64,000 bases of DNA. It comes from Eledone cirrhosa (Eukaryota). A program made the position numbers and the translations under genes. Positions within the stretch are counted from its first letter, which is position 1, and every line of letters begins with the position of its first letter. The stretch covers positions 379,254,001 to 379,318,000 of the forward strand of contig OZ024740.1 of the NCBI GenBank assembly GCA_964016885.1. Direction: 5' to 3'. The notes below the pieces were generated by a model. It searched no databases, had not been told where the DNA came from, and saw only the letters and a list, made by a program, of their open reading frames with translations. Of the stretch, positions 1 through 12,712 are shown piece after piece.

Positions 1-58
1 CAGTTCGAAAACGTGTTCCTTCGGTTTTCACCGAAGGGTCGTTGGAGATGACCTCCAT
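1..58 (-). CDS. Possible start of ORF2 of the same element (MEVISNDPSVKTEGTRFRT..., runs off window)
   Basis: ATG at 58-56, about 57 nt after the ORF1 stop; open to the window edge. Too short to identify. Confidence 0.25.
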   Translation of the reverse strand, partial: MEVISNDPSVKTEGTRFRT

Positions 59-114
59 TAAAGTTTTGTTTTTACTGTTTATGTATGTGTAATGTTCTTG
101 TTGTGTTGCGGTGG

Positions 115-1516
115 TTATTGTCTGTTGCTCTTGTGGGAGATTTCGTTTTGTTGTAGGTGTTTGTGTTTGGAGTGATGTGGTTTTGTTTTCGGGACGGGGG
201 TTTTTGTTTGTAATGTTTGTATTGTTTGTGTTGGTGGTTGTATGTTTGTAGTGATGTTTGTTGTTTTTTTGTTCTTGTGGTGTCTTTTCTTCTTTCTTTT
301 CGAACGGAGAGGCTCTCCCTCATCATCACTTGTTGATGATGTGGGGGCCTCGTCCGATGTGGTGTCTGTGTTATTTGGAAGGGGTATGTTTTGGGGAGCT
401 GTTGTGTTTGTGGGTGTTTTAGCAGTGGTTTTAGGTGGAGTGGGGTTGGTGGGACTGTGCTTGCAGGTTTGTTTGTTGTTCTTGTTTTGGTTTTGTTTGT
501 GTGTTGTTGTTTTTGTTGTGGTGGTGGTGGTGGTGGTGGTTGTGTTGTTGTTTTGGGTGTTGGCAGTAGTGCCTCTTTTTTTTTTAGTTAACTGAGGACA
601 GTAAGCCTTCAAGTGACCACTGCTTAAACAGTGGTAACATGAAGGCCGCCTACCCTCAACAGAAATGTTTATGTGTGAAATTCCATCCAGAGGCACACGT
701 TAGGGTATTTTAGCTATCCGTTCTGGCCTCATTTGGACCAGAACTTCCATGCTTGTACCATTGAATGTGCCTCTGGAGGACTTTCCCACCGAAATGATGG
801 TGTCTTCGTCGAAATCGATGAAGCCAGTTAGAATCCACCAGACGTTTACATTTGGTGCAAACTTCAAAATTTTTATTTTTTTAGTTCTTTTTCCCATATA
901 TGTGGGGAAAAAGGTGTAAAGAGGGGACACAATCGGCGATACAGAATATTTTTGTGCTGTCAATTGGTCTTTCAACAACACCGAAATACTTCAAAAAAGT
1001 TTCCCTTTTTGGATGAAGGCAATATCCTTCATGGAATTCTTCAGAACCAGTTCAATATCGTTTTGGGATAACTGAACTGGTTTTTTCGACACATTTGAAA
1101 CTGTCCTAAAAATTACTGTTTTTAGAACAGTTTCTCTGCGTAACTGTTGAGGAGAAGTGATGCTGAAAGCACCGCTCTCACCAAAATTTATGTACTGTTT
1201 TGCATCGCTTAACATTTCCCTAGCATTGGAAATGTCAAGGTATGTGAACAGTTCCGTCTTTTGGACGGTTTGAGCAAAAGAAATAGTTTTCCTTGTTCGT
1301 GGAGTTGTTCGTGTTGTTGTTGTTGTTGGTGGTGGTGGTGTTGTTGTTATCATTGTTGTTGTTGTTGGTGGTGGTGTTGTTGTTATCATTGTTGCTGTTG
1401 TTGTTCTTGTTGTCATTATTGTTGTTGTTGTTGTTGTTGTTCTGGTTGGTGTTGTTTATATTTTGCATGTTATTGGTGTTTGTGTTAGTGTTGATGTTCC
1501 AATCAACGTCCGACAT
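115..1516 (-). pseudogene. Degraded gag-like ORF1 with CCHC zinc knuckle (L1/Tx1-like ORF1 character)
   Basis: ORF-track pieces 991-1416, 700-981 and 115-696 share one frame, separated by single stops (TGA 991-993, TAA 700-702). ATG at 1516 is offset by a frameshift in an (AAC)n tract. Contains VEGRRPS-CYHCLSSGHLKAYC-P (Cx2Cx4Hx4C) and a basic/Thr-Asn-rich tail. Confidence 0.7.
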
Positions 1517-1571
1517 CGTGTTTTCAAAACTGACGACAGAGTACTCGATACTTGGGGTAGTAGAGTGGATA

Positions 1572-1685
1572 ATATGAAAAGATTCCGGACCCCGACGGCT
1601 GAGCTCCGGTTTTTTCGACAGCTAAATCCGATCTCGGATCTAGCTGTCGAAACGGCCGGAGCTCAGCCGTCGGGGTCCGAAATCT

Positions 1686-1693
<8 letters not shown>
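1572..1693. repeat. ~60-bp-arm fold-back of a hammerhead 3' half at the 5' end of the gag-like element
   Basis: ATATGAAAAGATTCCGGACCCCGACGGCTGAGCTCCGG... / ...CCGGAGCTCAGCCGTCGGGGTCCGAAATCTTTTCATAT. Contains GAAA-cggc-loop-gccg-TC-ggggtcc and abuts (TA)n. Confidence 0.85.
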
Positions 1694-1742
<49 letters not shown>

Positions 1743-1929
1743 AATGATATTAATAAATGGAAACTATAGTTATAAAACCATATTTATTCTATTATATATA
1801 TTTCAAAGGTACCAAAACTTTGGTACACTCTCATCAGATAAAATACAAACTTTGTATATATATATCGCTGAAATTGTATATATATATATGCGCTTACTCT
1901 TTTACTTGTTTCAGGTTTGTCATTAGACA

Positions 1930-2200
1930 GCGAGCCGGGCATGCTGGAGAACCAACTTGATTTAATTAATTATATCGACCCCAGTACTTATTTTTTTAGG
2001 CCGGGTGCATATTTTATTGGTCTCTTTTTTGACGAAATACAAATTTACGAGATATAAACACAGACACTGACACAAACATAAACATAGACATGGATCCGCA
2101 TACATGTAAATCACTGGCTTCTGTGTACGAAATTCCATGCTCCCACGTTATTGGTTAATCTGTAAAGCAAACTCCTGAACAACATAGCTATGCAGGTGCC
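1930..2200 (-). mobile_element. Degenerate Octopus-type SINE
   Basis: TATCGACCCCAGTACTTATTTT core of the kind shared with other SINE copies in the window; recognised from memory of cephalopod SINEs. Confidence 0.45.
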
Positions 2201-2206
2201 ATATAT

Positions 2207-2254
<48 letters not shown>

Positions 2255-2261
2255 TAAAGAA

Positions 2262-2500
2262 AAAAAGATGAAATCTAAAATGCAACTGGAGTCTTATTTT
2301 TAAAAAAAATATATATATTTATTTGGTTCCTTTACCGGTTTCGCAGTTCTTCTGCTTTTCAAAAGTAGAGTTGAGATGGAGGGTCCGTGAGAAAAAACCA
2401 CAGACCCTCCATCTCTGCGAAAACGGTAAAGGAACCAAATAAATATATATATTTTTATAAAAATAAGACTCCAGTTGCATTTTCGATTTCATCTTATTTT
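2262..2500. repeat. Inverted-duplicated PLE pseudo-LTR fragment with degenerate hammerhead
   Basis: Arms AAAATGCAACTGGAGTCTTATTTTT...GGTTCCTTTACCG and CGGTAAAGGAACC...AAAAATAAGACTCCAGTTGCATTTT. Minus strand 2330-2365 reads ctt-TTGAAAA-gcag/ctgc-GAAA-ccgg-TA-aag. (TA)n on both sides. Confidence 0.7.
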
Positions 2501-2654
2501 CTTTATACTTTCACTCGTGTAGGACACCTCGATTATTTTTCATTTTGTAAAAAAACCTCACTTTCTTATATATATATATATATAGTATTAATTAGTATTA
2601 ATTATACTATTTATGGTTATGTAAATACAAAAACCTTTTGCAGTTATATATATT

Positions 2655-5600
2655 TTTTTATTCAAAGATATCAAGAATAATAAGGACAAAAAATTTATTC
2701 AATTTGATATCAATTCATACTACACCTCTATTTCCCCTATCCTATTAAATAAGGCACTAATCATGGCCATGAACAATAGCGACCTGACTAGAGCCCAGAT
2801 TGATGTCATCCTTGCGGCCTGTAAAACCATAATCACCTTCGAGGACCAACTATGGACACGCAAGGATACGCACAACAACTTCGACATAACCATGGGATCT
2901 AGTGACCCGGCGCAGGTCACTGATTTGGTCGGCCTATACCTTCTTAATGAAATCCATAAGGACCTCCCTTACCTCAACGGTGGTTTGTACCGCGATGATG
3001 CACTTCTACTTATAGAATATAAAAAAATTTAATATAGAAAGAACTAGAAAACTATTGCACAAGACATTCAAAAACTTTAACCTTAGTATCACCATGGACA
3101 TAAACACTAAAAATGTTAACTTCCTAGACGCCACACTATACCTAGACTCAAAAATATATACACCTTTCCATAAGCCTAACGAAAAACTCATTTACGTAGA
3201 TACCAAGTCTAATCACCCTAGATCAATATTAAACTCTATCTCTAAGGGGGTATCCAATAGAATCTCTAATCTATCATATGACGCAAACATATTTAGCAAA
3301 AACTCACAATATTACAATCAAGCATTAGCTAGATCCGGCCATAATATAGAAATTGAGTTCCTACCTAAGAAAACACATAGCTACAACATCATCTCGCACA
3401 ACATGTCCATGAGGAAACCTAATGATAGGAATAGCAACCACAAGTACACCAAAGCGGAGGGTGCCACCGAAAGTAACCATTACCACGGAAACTACTGTAG
3501 TGCCTTAGGAAGAAACAACACACCAAACACTAAAAACAAAAATAGAAGAAGAAATAATACATTTTTCAACCCTCCTTTCAACCTAAATGTCTCTACCAAC
3601 ATACCTAGGGCTTTCTTCTCACTACTAGATAAAAATTTCCCTCTAGGACACAAGTACCACAGCCTTTTAAACAAAAACACTATTAAAATCTCATACTCTA
3701 CGACGCCTAACTTAGCATACCACATAGCTAGCAGCAATAAAAGTAAAATTAATTCTTACTTCCAACAAATGAAATCACAACAGGATGTAAACCTTCTAAA
3801 TACCGCTGTAGCAAGCAACCATAGTAACGGCAGTAACAATAGAAATAACACTAGTATAAGAAATAACACCGGGGTTGACAACCCGAATGTCCAAAATCCT
3901 ATAGCTACCACCCAGACTTCTGCACTGCATTATAACCAGCAGACTAACACACAGGATAATTGTAACTGTAGAGCTAATAGAACCTGCCCTTTAGATAAAA
4001 AATGCCTAACCAAGGATATCATATACTCATGCACCGTCATAACTAGCAACTCTTCAGAAACCTATGTAGGCTCCACTTCTAACTGCTTCAAAATCAAATA
4101 TAATTCGCACATCCACTCGTTCAAAAAGCACAGCCTAGCCAACTCCACCTCACTATCTAGCTACATACACTATCTAAAAACTAAAAATAAACCTTACACA
4201 CTAAATGGGAAGTGATAGGCAGCGCGACTTCGTACAAACCACCTAATAAATTTTGTAACCTCTGTATACTAGAGACCCACAATATTATCTTCTCTAACCG
4301 TAACCTACTTAACAAAAAATCTGAAGTGTTTGCAACTTGCCAGCACCGCTTCAGACATTCCTTCCAAAACTTTAAGCCCAATATATAGCAATGTCGGACT
4401 TGAACCAAACACCACCTCTAGCATCAAACACCAGGGGCACACCTTATACCACATACCCAACACTAACTGATCTAATATAACACAAACAGCGACATCCCTC
4501 TAGAACCCTTCGCAGGGCGAATACCCATTTATACCTCTACGTTAGGTGTGACAACATCCACCCACTTGAACTGCACTACACCGCTCTATAGGTAATTTAA
4601 GCATGAATTGATTGGCTTGTTAGTGTTGTGCGGAGGAAGTGCCTTCCTTGGACAGATGAAAAACGTTTTAATCTAGTAACGCTGTTGAGCAGTAGGACCG
4701 GTACGCTGAGTGCAGAGAATGAATGTATTGCAACTGGCGTGCGGATTGTACATATATGGATGATTTGATGGTCAGAGTGGGGGTCATGAGGACTGCGGAT
4801 TGACCCCTGGTCGGCCCTGGTGATGATTATCTTTCGACATCCAATGTAGCAAGCGATGACCCAGAACTTACCAGAGATCATTGTGTGGTGAAGTGATTCT
4901 GCAATCACCGCGCCTGGTCCTATGAGTAGACTACAACCACAGAGATCATTAATTTAGAATCCTCGCTCGTCGTCTATAATATTCATTTGTGGCACCCTAC
5001 GATGGGGGTTAATTCACCATAATAATACGAACACCTTCAGCACAACTTAATAGACTACTCTATAGTTAAAACACTTTATGCTTTAGAAATTTTTTAGAAG
5101 TTGCGCATAACCATAGAAATTAGGATCTATTTTGAGACACATTTCAATAGTTAGTAATTGAAACCTTGGAGTTACCTCCCCTCATGCATTAACTCCCCTT
5201 AGCCACACACACACTTCCGGGTAGTATTCAATGTCGATTCTCGAAACGTAACAGCCTCCTGTATTGAACTAAAGAACATCAGACTACGATTCTCTAACTG
5301 GATTGTCAAACGCTCAATATCGAATTGTCGTGGATTATGTGAGGGGCATATAATCTGAAAAATACACTCCCCTGACTATGAAAATGTCGAAGTACATGAA
5401 GTCCATAACATCCCCTCGCTGTGCATTTCCAATACTTTTAATATTTTTAATGCTTATATCATTTCTCCACACACAGACTATAACAATCATATAAAGAATT
5501 TGCCACCAGATCAACCAACCTAACACTCTTGTTTACCTACCTAAGTGCTTCTACCACACGTAACTCTCTGCCACACTATATAAACAAGACGCACGTGCTT

Positions 5601-5898
5601 GCCACACATATAACATTTGCACTATATAACCGCTTATTTTCATGTATTTTAACCTGTATTTTTGATTGTACCTTTGAATATGAATGTAATCTCTAAGTGT
5701 GTACTGCCACTCTAAATGCTGTAATGAATGTTGACCCACAATATTTGCATATGTATCTGTATGTCTCTTGGGTGAAAAGGAGGTCATATAACTGTTCATT
5801 CATTAATAAATTGCTCCGAAGAATCCAAACCTCGGTTTGGAGGAAACAGTTGTAAGCACAAACATGTTTTGAACAGTTCTTTGATTCTTATATTTCAT

Positions 5899-5905
<7 letters not shown>
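2655..5905 (+). mobile_element. Penelope-like element, Naiad-type, 5'-truncated and frameshifted (RT + GIY-YIG, long 3' UTR, pLTR)
   Basis: RT motifs FIQFDINSYYTSI, FDITMGS, GGLYRDDA, VNFLD, YHKPN-like FHKPN. Linker CNCRANRTCPLDKKC (CxCx5Cx5C). EN IIY...YVGSTS..FKIKY..H. After a frameshift at ~4205: FCNLCILE...LLNKKSE..CQH, stop 4388. Hammerhead at 5812-5858; ends in (TA)n. Confidence 0.9.
5812..5858 (+). ncRNA. Minimal type I hammerhead ribozyme (core variant CCGAAGA) in PLE pLTR
   Basis: tgct-CCGAAGA-a-tccaaacc(tc)ggtttgga-g-GAAA-cagttg-TA-agca. Confidence 0.7.
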
Positions 5906-5994
<89 letters not shown>

Positions 5995-5995
<1 letters not shown>

Positions 5996-6122
5996 ACTGT
6001 ATTTTATTGATCCCGAAAGGTTAAACGGCAAAGTTGACCTCAGTGGGGGTTTAAACTCAGAAATAAAAACGTCAGAATAAATACTGCGAAGACTTTAACG
6101 AGTATGCCAATCCACCACCCTA
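5995..6122 (-). mobile_element. Octopus-type tRNA-derived SINE fragment
   Basis: TTTATTGATCCCGAAAGG..GGCAAAGTTGACCTC..AACTCAGAA is the reverse complement of the SINE at 29258-29446. Confidence 0.65.
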
Positions 6123-8009
6123 GCATCTGTTACTAATACAATTAAAAATAAGCTGCCTATTTTCTTATCCTTTATATCTTCCTTTGTTAAGACTTTCTTG
6201 GGACTCCTCCTTTGTATAATTAAGGTTTCATCTTATATTCTATACATCCTTGTTGGCAATAACATGTTTCTAGTTAATTTTGTTAGAACTTGAAGAATGG
6301 TACTAAAGCTATAACTCGATATACTATTCGCACATATATGTAGTTATGTGATCGTTTCTTTGATCATCATATCTAGTCAATGCCAACTCAATGTATGATT
6401 TAATTTTGAATTATCTCAGTGTAGCATTACCTCTCCGTTTATTTATATAATTTGTATGTTCTATTTCACTTTAAAATGCTGTTTCTTTCCTAATTTCCCC
6501 CCATATGACCTTCGCTATTCTTCTTACTTAAACTTTCTTATAAGTCGATGGTAAAAAAAGATTATTCGGGAAAATTGGAGAGTGTTTTTATATTTATAAC
6601 TTACTTAGTAATATCTACGGTTATAGAATATTGCAGCAATTAAGATTCAAAACTCGATAGTAGATATTTTTTACTCGGTAGTGCTCACTAAAACAGTAAA
6701 AACATTGATTTCTTCATTAAAAACATTGTTGCTTAGAATAAGGAAAAGCACAATTACTACTCTTGTCATGAATATATTACATCTGAAAAGACGGGATTGT
6801 CAGGGCTGGAATGCCTTATAGGATTGAATTATCATCGGTTTTCTCGATTTAGGATGCCTAGCGGCAAAAAAAGAAAAGACCACCAACAACCAATTGCGTT
6901 CAACTAGATACAAATCTATTTTTGTAGTTAATGACATATGGCTCATTAAATCGAGTTTAGTATATTACTGGTACTTACGTTTTCAAATCCAAAACAATAC
7001 AGCGTAGTTAATTCTGAATTTGAAAGTAGAATTAAGAGAAACGAAAAGAATAATATAAAATCCCCTATCTAATCGGTATTCGCTTGTCTGCACAGGCTTA
7101 CCATGTTAAATATAAATTCATCTTAACGAATGACGAGAACACAGAAAAGGTAATTGTGATGTTCATTGATTTCTTGAAGAATATCAGCAGTATAAATGAA
7201 GGAAGTACCATCATCAGCAATCGAGACTAGGCTGCACACTTAACTAACAAGACCATCGCCTCCACACTATTAAAATTATATCATAAAAATAAACGCCAAG
7301 AAAAAATTCCCTGCTGCGATTACATGTGTGATATTACATGTAAGTAGTAAAGAATTTTAAAAAATAAGAAGAATAATAAATATATATATGTTAAGCTAGA
7401 ACTGAATGTAAATAAACATATGATATATATAAAGTTCCTATATCGTCAGCCAACTGCGGTTCGTAGAGCAAAAACAGCGCAGCTTCAACGCCTGACTTTT
7501 TATATTTGTTCGTGGGAAGTATGTAAGGCTATTAAAAGAGATACGTCAGTTGGGTAACTTCAACAAGTTTGCTGACTTGAGTAAAGAATGAAGGTCGGTG
7601 AACTATTTCGGCTTTATTTTGGCTTGATTCTGAAGGCAACATAAATATGTAGCAATATGTGTTTTGTTCTATTGTTTCTCTTAAATTACATATCCATTTT
7701 TGTTGTTATAAGACTTGAACATTGCACGACCAACCTTTACCGAGGTCAACTTTGCTTTTTATCCTTCCGGGGTGGATAAAATAAAGACTTGTGCCTGAAT
7801 TAGAAATGAATATTATCTTCCTATTATTAAATCTAATTGGTTTTCGAAAATTATAATTTCTATATTGTTGGTACTATTTAAAAAAATTGTTTTATTTACA
7901 GTGGGTGGTTTGCTCCACTCGATGAGTTAATAAGAAAAACAACAAAAAAAGCAATCTAAACAATTTTGACCATAAAAAACTAATATATAATATATATATA
8001 TATATGTAT

Positions 8010-8156
8010 ATAACGAAGGAAGTGTGGTAAGGAACCAGATAGACCATAACGCACCAGAGTACTCAATACTTAGGGTAGTAGAGTTGGAAATAGGAAAAAG
8101 TTCAAGACCCCGACGACAGAGCTCAAGCCGTTTCGACGGGGTCTTGAACTTTTTCC

Positions 8157-8160
<4 letters not shown>
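8010..8160 (-). mobile_element. PLE-like terminal fragment (hammerhead 3' half + GTATTGAGTACTCTG motif) with short fold-back
   Basis: Minus strand GAAA-cggc-ttgagctct-gtcg-TC-ggggtc...actctactaccctaagtattgagtactctg|gtgcgt. Homologous to 1537-1693 and 11905-12117; between (TA)n tracts. Confidence 0.7.
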
Positions 8161-8243
<83 letters not shown>

Positions 8244-8288
8244 TTCTGTGTCTGTATGTGTTTGTGTGTGTGTCTGTTCCTGTGTGTA

Positions 8289-8598
8289 TACGATAGTAAT
8301 AATTGCAAAGGCCAGATGAAGAAATTCGTAACTCATTTTATTCAGAATCGGTTGTAATACCTATCTATTTCTGTGGCGTTCATGATTACACAGTACAGTC
8401 ATCATACGTCCCTTTATCTATAGCCCACATTGGAATGGAAATATTACATAACAACCTTATTACGCTGTCTGATGAAGTCGTATTTGGTGGTAGCGTGATG
8501 GTTGCATTGCGTAAACCACAGAAATATGAATTACAGTAGATTCTGAATAAATTGAGTTATGAATTTGTCTATCTTGCCTTTGCAATTATCCTATTGTA
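8289..8598. repeat. ~310-bp imperfect rod-like fold-back (MITE-like or structured RNA)
   Basis: AATTGCAAAGGC..AAATTCGTAACTCA.TTTATTCAGAATC..TATTTCTGTGG pairs with CCACAGAAATA..GATTCTGAATAAA.TGAGTTATGAATTT..GCCTTTGCAATT. Confidence 0.7.
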
Positions 8599-8734
8599 AT
8601 TTTACCCTGTCATTGACATCCAAATCGTATCTAGATCGATATACATGACATTGAGTTCTTCAATTGAATTGCATCATCGTTTACTGGTTGGATTATTGCA
8701 TACACAGCTCGGTTGGTCAACATCTTATGCAAAA

Positions 8735-8800
<66 letters not shown>

Positions 8801-8836
8801 ATGTATGTATGTATGTGTGTGTGTGTGTGTGTGTGT

Positions 8837-9897
8837 GTTTTCATCCTCAGTATATACTGATTAATGTTCACAGCCATCCCCAGCATTCTCGTGTACCACC
8901 CATCCACCATCTGAGTGATTTTCTTGGTCAGTGTCCAAGTCTCAGACCCGTACAGCAGCACAGACTCCACTACAGCAATGAAGAGGCGGATTTTCATGTC
9001 TTTACGAAGGTCCGACTTCCACACCGATCTCAAGCTGTGGCACGCCGCCCAGGCTTTGCTCTTCCTCTCAACCACATCATCTTCCGTATTCCCAATCTTT
9101 GCTCCCAAATACAGGAAGCCCGCAACCAATTCTAGCGGCTTCCCGCCTACATTAGTGATCCCCTCTGCCTTCTCAACATTCTCTACCAGATATTTTGTCT
9201 CATTCATTCTCAGCCCCACACTCATCGACACAATCTCAACCTCCCGCATCAAATCCTATGTCTCCTTCACTGTATTTGTCACCAAAACTATGTCGTCGGC
9301 AAATTCAGCATCTGATACCCTTTTTGACTTAACTCTCTTGCTCTGAGCCGGTGCTACAGTAAAGCCAGAGTCCTGGTGTTTCTCCAGTGCAAGGCGCATA
9401 CAATAGTCCACTACGATGATAAAAAGGTAGGGAGCCAATGTATCTCCCTAGAGCACTCCAGCCAGTATCTCAAAGAACTCTGTCATCCCATCAGGTGTAA
9501 TGACTTGGGCTTTGGTGTTGGTGTAGAGCAGTGATATCAGGTCCACTATCTTCTTGGGGATTCCATAAGCCTGTAAGATCATCAGTATACAGTGAGGATG
9601 AAAAACTCAGAGCTGTATGGAAGCCTCCCAAAAGTCAGCTCAAAAGTGACACAGAGGAGACTGAGGTTAACTGGACATGCTCACCGACATCCAGAGCTGA
9701 CATTGCACTCAGTGCTCTTGTGGGAGCCCCTACTTGGACACACTGGAAAAGGAAGACCAAGGTTAACGTATGTTGATGCCCTAAGGACAGACACTGGTCT
9801 GTTGGAGACGCAGGACATGGCAGCGATAATGAGGGACAGAGACCGCTGGAGAGAACTCGTCCATGGATCTCGGGAATTTTACCCGCCCTAGATAGAT
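8837..9897. mobile_element. RTE-clade LINE, 5'-truncated with 5' inversion (8837-~9578 minus, ~9579-9897 plus)
   Basis: Minus part: GVL*GDTLAPYLF, EFADD, FLYLG, ESVLLYGSETW. Plus part continues RRLRLTGHAHR...GRPRLTYVD...DRDRWR and ends in a (TAGA) tail. Confidence 0.85.
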
Positions 9898-11654
9898 ATG
9901 TGTGTGTGTATGTATATTTATATACGACGGACTTCTGCAGTTTGCGTCTATGATCTTTCCCTCATACGGAAATGATTGATGCGAGATTATAGTAGAAATG
10001 ATATGCCCAAGGTGTCATGTATTAGAGACGAATCCGAAATCATTAGTTTACATGGCCAATTCCTTAACGACACAGTCAGACCACAGTCAGACCTGCGACT
10101 ATTAAATATAAATTTCACTTAACTAGTGGAATTGTATATTATCGGTTTTCTGAATGACTGTTTATCTTTTATTGTAATCCGATCACAATTTTGGTGATGT
10201 CAGGATCATAAAGATACTGAATGAATCATTGTAATATAAAGCAATACTTTAGTCTTCTCTATAGCTACAACTACTGCACACTGAAATAACTATTAATACT
10301 TGCAAGTGGCTTCAGGCTGACGCAGTTGACTGCATAGAATTATATTAAGATTATCACATCATTAACCACTGAAGCTATACCTCCAACTAACATTGATATA
10401 AATTAATCTCTTGGTAAATGAAGATGATTATTTTGGTATAACTATAAAGCCACATCTTTTTATAACTCAGTGACATGAGCTCAATTTGATGAAAATATGG
10501 GCAGATGACCAAAAAGTACATTACTAGAAATCCCAAATGTTATCAAATAAATAAGATGGGTTGGGGGTCTCAATATGTAAACTAAATGATTGATTCTGGT
10601 TTTCTTTTAAATCAACGGAGAGAACCTAGAAAAATTACCGATCCCCTCCTCACCCCGCTTATCCAAACCCTCCACTTATTCCAACCCCCCGTTTATTCTA
10701 ATCCAATATTATTTGGGACCTGAGAGTACGTAACGAAATGAGCTCTCACCGCACACGTTGTGCACTGTTCTATTCCCCGGAGTTACCTGTTTTCCTCATG
10801 TATTTGAACTACATACACTCACGAAGTCACGCCTTCAGTTTATGTTTTCTAAACACCCATCTAATTTCGTGACTCGTGTTACTTTCCTCTGGGAGTATCA
10901 AGAAGGTTCACATTTATCAAGTCCTACTGCATATCAGACCGAAATTCAGAATTTGCTTGGCGCTATCCAAATTTTTCAAAATATTTTTACCTATATATAT
11001 GTTTTCCTTCGTTGGGATATCATGAAGTTCAGCGTATCATTTACATCATGGTCTGGAAACTTTTATGGGCGAATATATTTTGTCAGTGCACCCCACTGAA
11101 ATATCTATGAAATTACATTCACTTAGTATTATGTCTGGTTTAGAAATTGAGCCCGATCTAGTCATCGTGAGACACAATGATGCGCCGCTATAGCATGTAT
11201 TGGATATAAAAAGTAAAATTCTGTGTATTCTCTTTTAAAATGCACGTTCCATATTTGTGAGTGAGCTTCTGCAAAGTGTTCATTTTCCCAATTTCATTTG
11301 CAAGCCTTAAGTCGATCAGGAATTCTGATATGTATGCATGTATGCATGTATGTATATAATTCATAGCATCAAGCCTAGGCAGAAATGTATCGCTGTCAAA
11401 CACGCATAAACCTGCCTTGGTCGCGCCTAATAACCCACAGGGCATAACATTATCGACTGTGTGAGCATATGGAGTCTGTCCACCATTGTGATTGCATCGC
11501 TAGCCGGGATGCCTCCGTATAAATCTTTGTTTATATTTTGTTGTAATCCAGTGGAGATTACTGAACCAAATCGTTTATGTTCATTACACAGATGACGTCA
11601 TGGTCAGATGACGTAGCCAGCCACAAAAATACCTATTATATAATTGTGCAGCAT

Positions 11655-11730
11655 CCTTACGCGGTCGATAAAATAAAGTACCAGTAATGCACTGGGTATT
11701 TGCTGGCCTTGTGCCTAACGTAGAAACAAT
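11655..11730 (+). mobile_element. Octopus-type SINE 3' fragment
   Basis: GGTCGATAAAATAAAGTACCAGTAATGCACTGG..TTGCTGGCCTTGTGCC..GTAGAAACAA matches 29380-29446. Confidence 0.7.
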
Positions 11731-11885
11731 TATATAATTGTGCAGCATCAAAGGAAAATACTAGAATCCAACCTTCTTGAATTTTCATTGGTAGCCATAT
11801 TTATAGGAGTAGCAATCTCTGATCTTTCCACTTGTCTCTCTATATTGAATTTCTCGAGATGTGGAGGCGTATGGCCTAGTGGTAA

Positions 11886-11917
<32 letters not shown>

Positions 11918-11923
<6 letters not shown>

Positions 11924-12118
11924 CAAAATGGATGTAGTAAAAAACAGTTGGACCATTACTCACCAGAGTACTCAATACTTGAGGCAGTGGAATGGGTAAT
12001 ATGAAGGAATCGGAACCCCGACGTCTGAGCTCCTGCCGTTTCCACAGCTAGATCCGAACGCTCGTATCTAGTTGTTGAAACGGCAGAACTCAGCTGTTGG
12101 GGTCGCGACTCCTTCATA
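11918..12118 (-). mobile_element. PLE-like terminal fragment (hammerhead 3' half, splice donor) with fold-back
   Basis: Arms ATATGAAGGA..ACCCCGAC..GCCGTTTCCACAGCTAGAT / ATCTAGTTGTTGAAACGGC..GGGGTC..TCCTTCATAT. Minus strand gtattgagtactctg|GTGAGT. Flanked by (TA)n. Confidence 0.75.
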
Positions 12119-12198
12119 TATATATATATATATACATATTAATAAAACTCCGTTATATATTTCACTGAGGACTATTGCTGTTCTGTTAACCCCATACA

Positions 12199-12250
<52 letters not shown>

Positions 12251-12423
12251 GGATGTATTTAATTATGTCTCATATAAAATAATACAACTGGCTATCCGCA
12301 AAATACGTATAGTTAGCACCCCAAACGTATAATTGGGATTATACTAAGGTATATCCTAATGTTTGTTGAGTGAGAGACGGAAGTCGGTAGGAGTATTGCT
12401 TAAAGCTTTCTCTGTTAATGTAT

Positions 12424-12508
<85 letters not shown>

Positions 12509-12532
12509 TGTGAGAGAGAGAGAGAGAGAGAG

Positions 12533-12680
12533 AAAAGCTTCTACAGGACATGATGACTTCTCACGAATGAAACAGTTCTAGTCCTGTAGAAGCTTTTCTA
12601 TATTAAATATTTATACTCTGCTTTGTATTGAGTACCTTACTTACTGTGGCTACCCCCGATTGTACCCGGGATAAACTTAT
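12533..12680 (+). mobile_element. PLE pLTR fragment with hammerhead (same family as 46329-46399, 50815-50950, 32066-32115)
   Basis: aTGATGA-cttctcacgaat-GAAA-cag/ctg-TA-gaagc...GTATTGAGTAC..., with a 17-nt 5' fold-back. Confidence 0.7.
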
Positions 12681-12712
12681 ATATATATATATATACATAT
12701 ATTCTTGTGACG

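Noticed and set aside
700-993. Programmed read-through at the two in-frame stops of the gag-like ORF
   Set aside because: Different stop codons plus a frameshift are more simply explained by decay.
242-1577. Hydrophobic plus-strand ORFs as membrane proteins
   Set aside because: Antisense shadows of the AAC/ACC-rich minus-strand ORF1.
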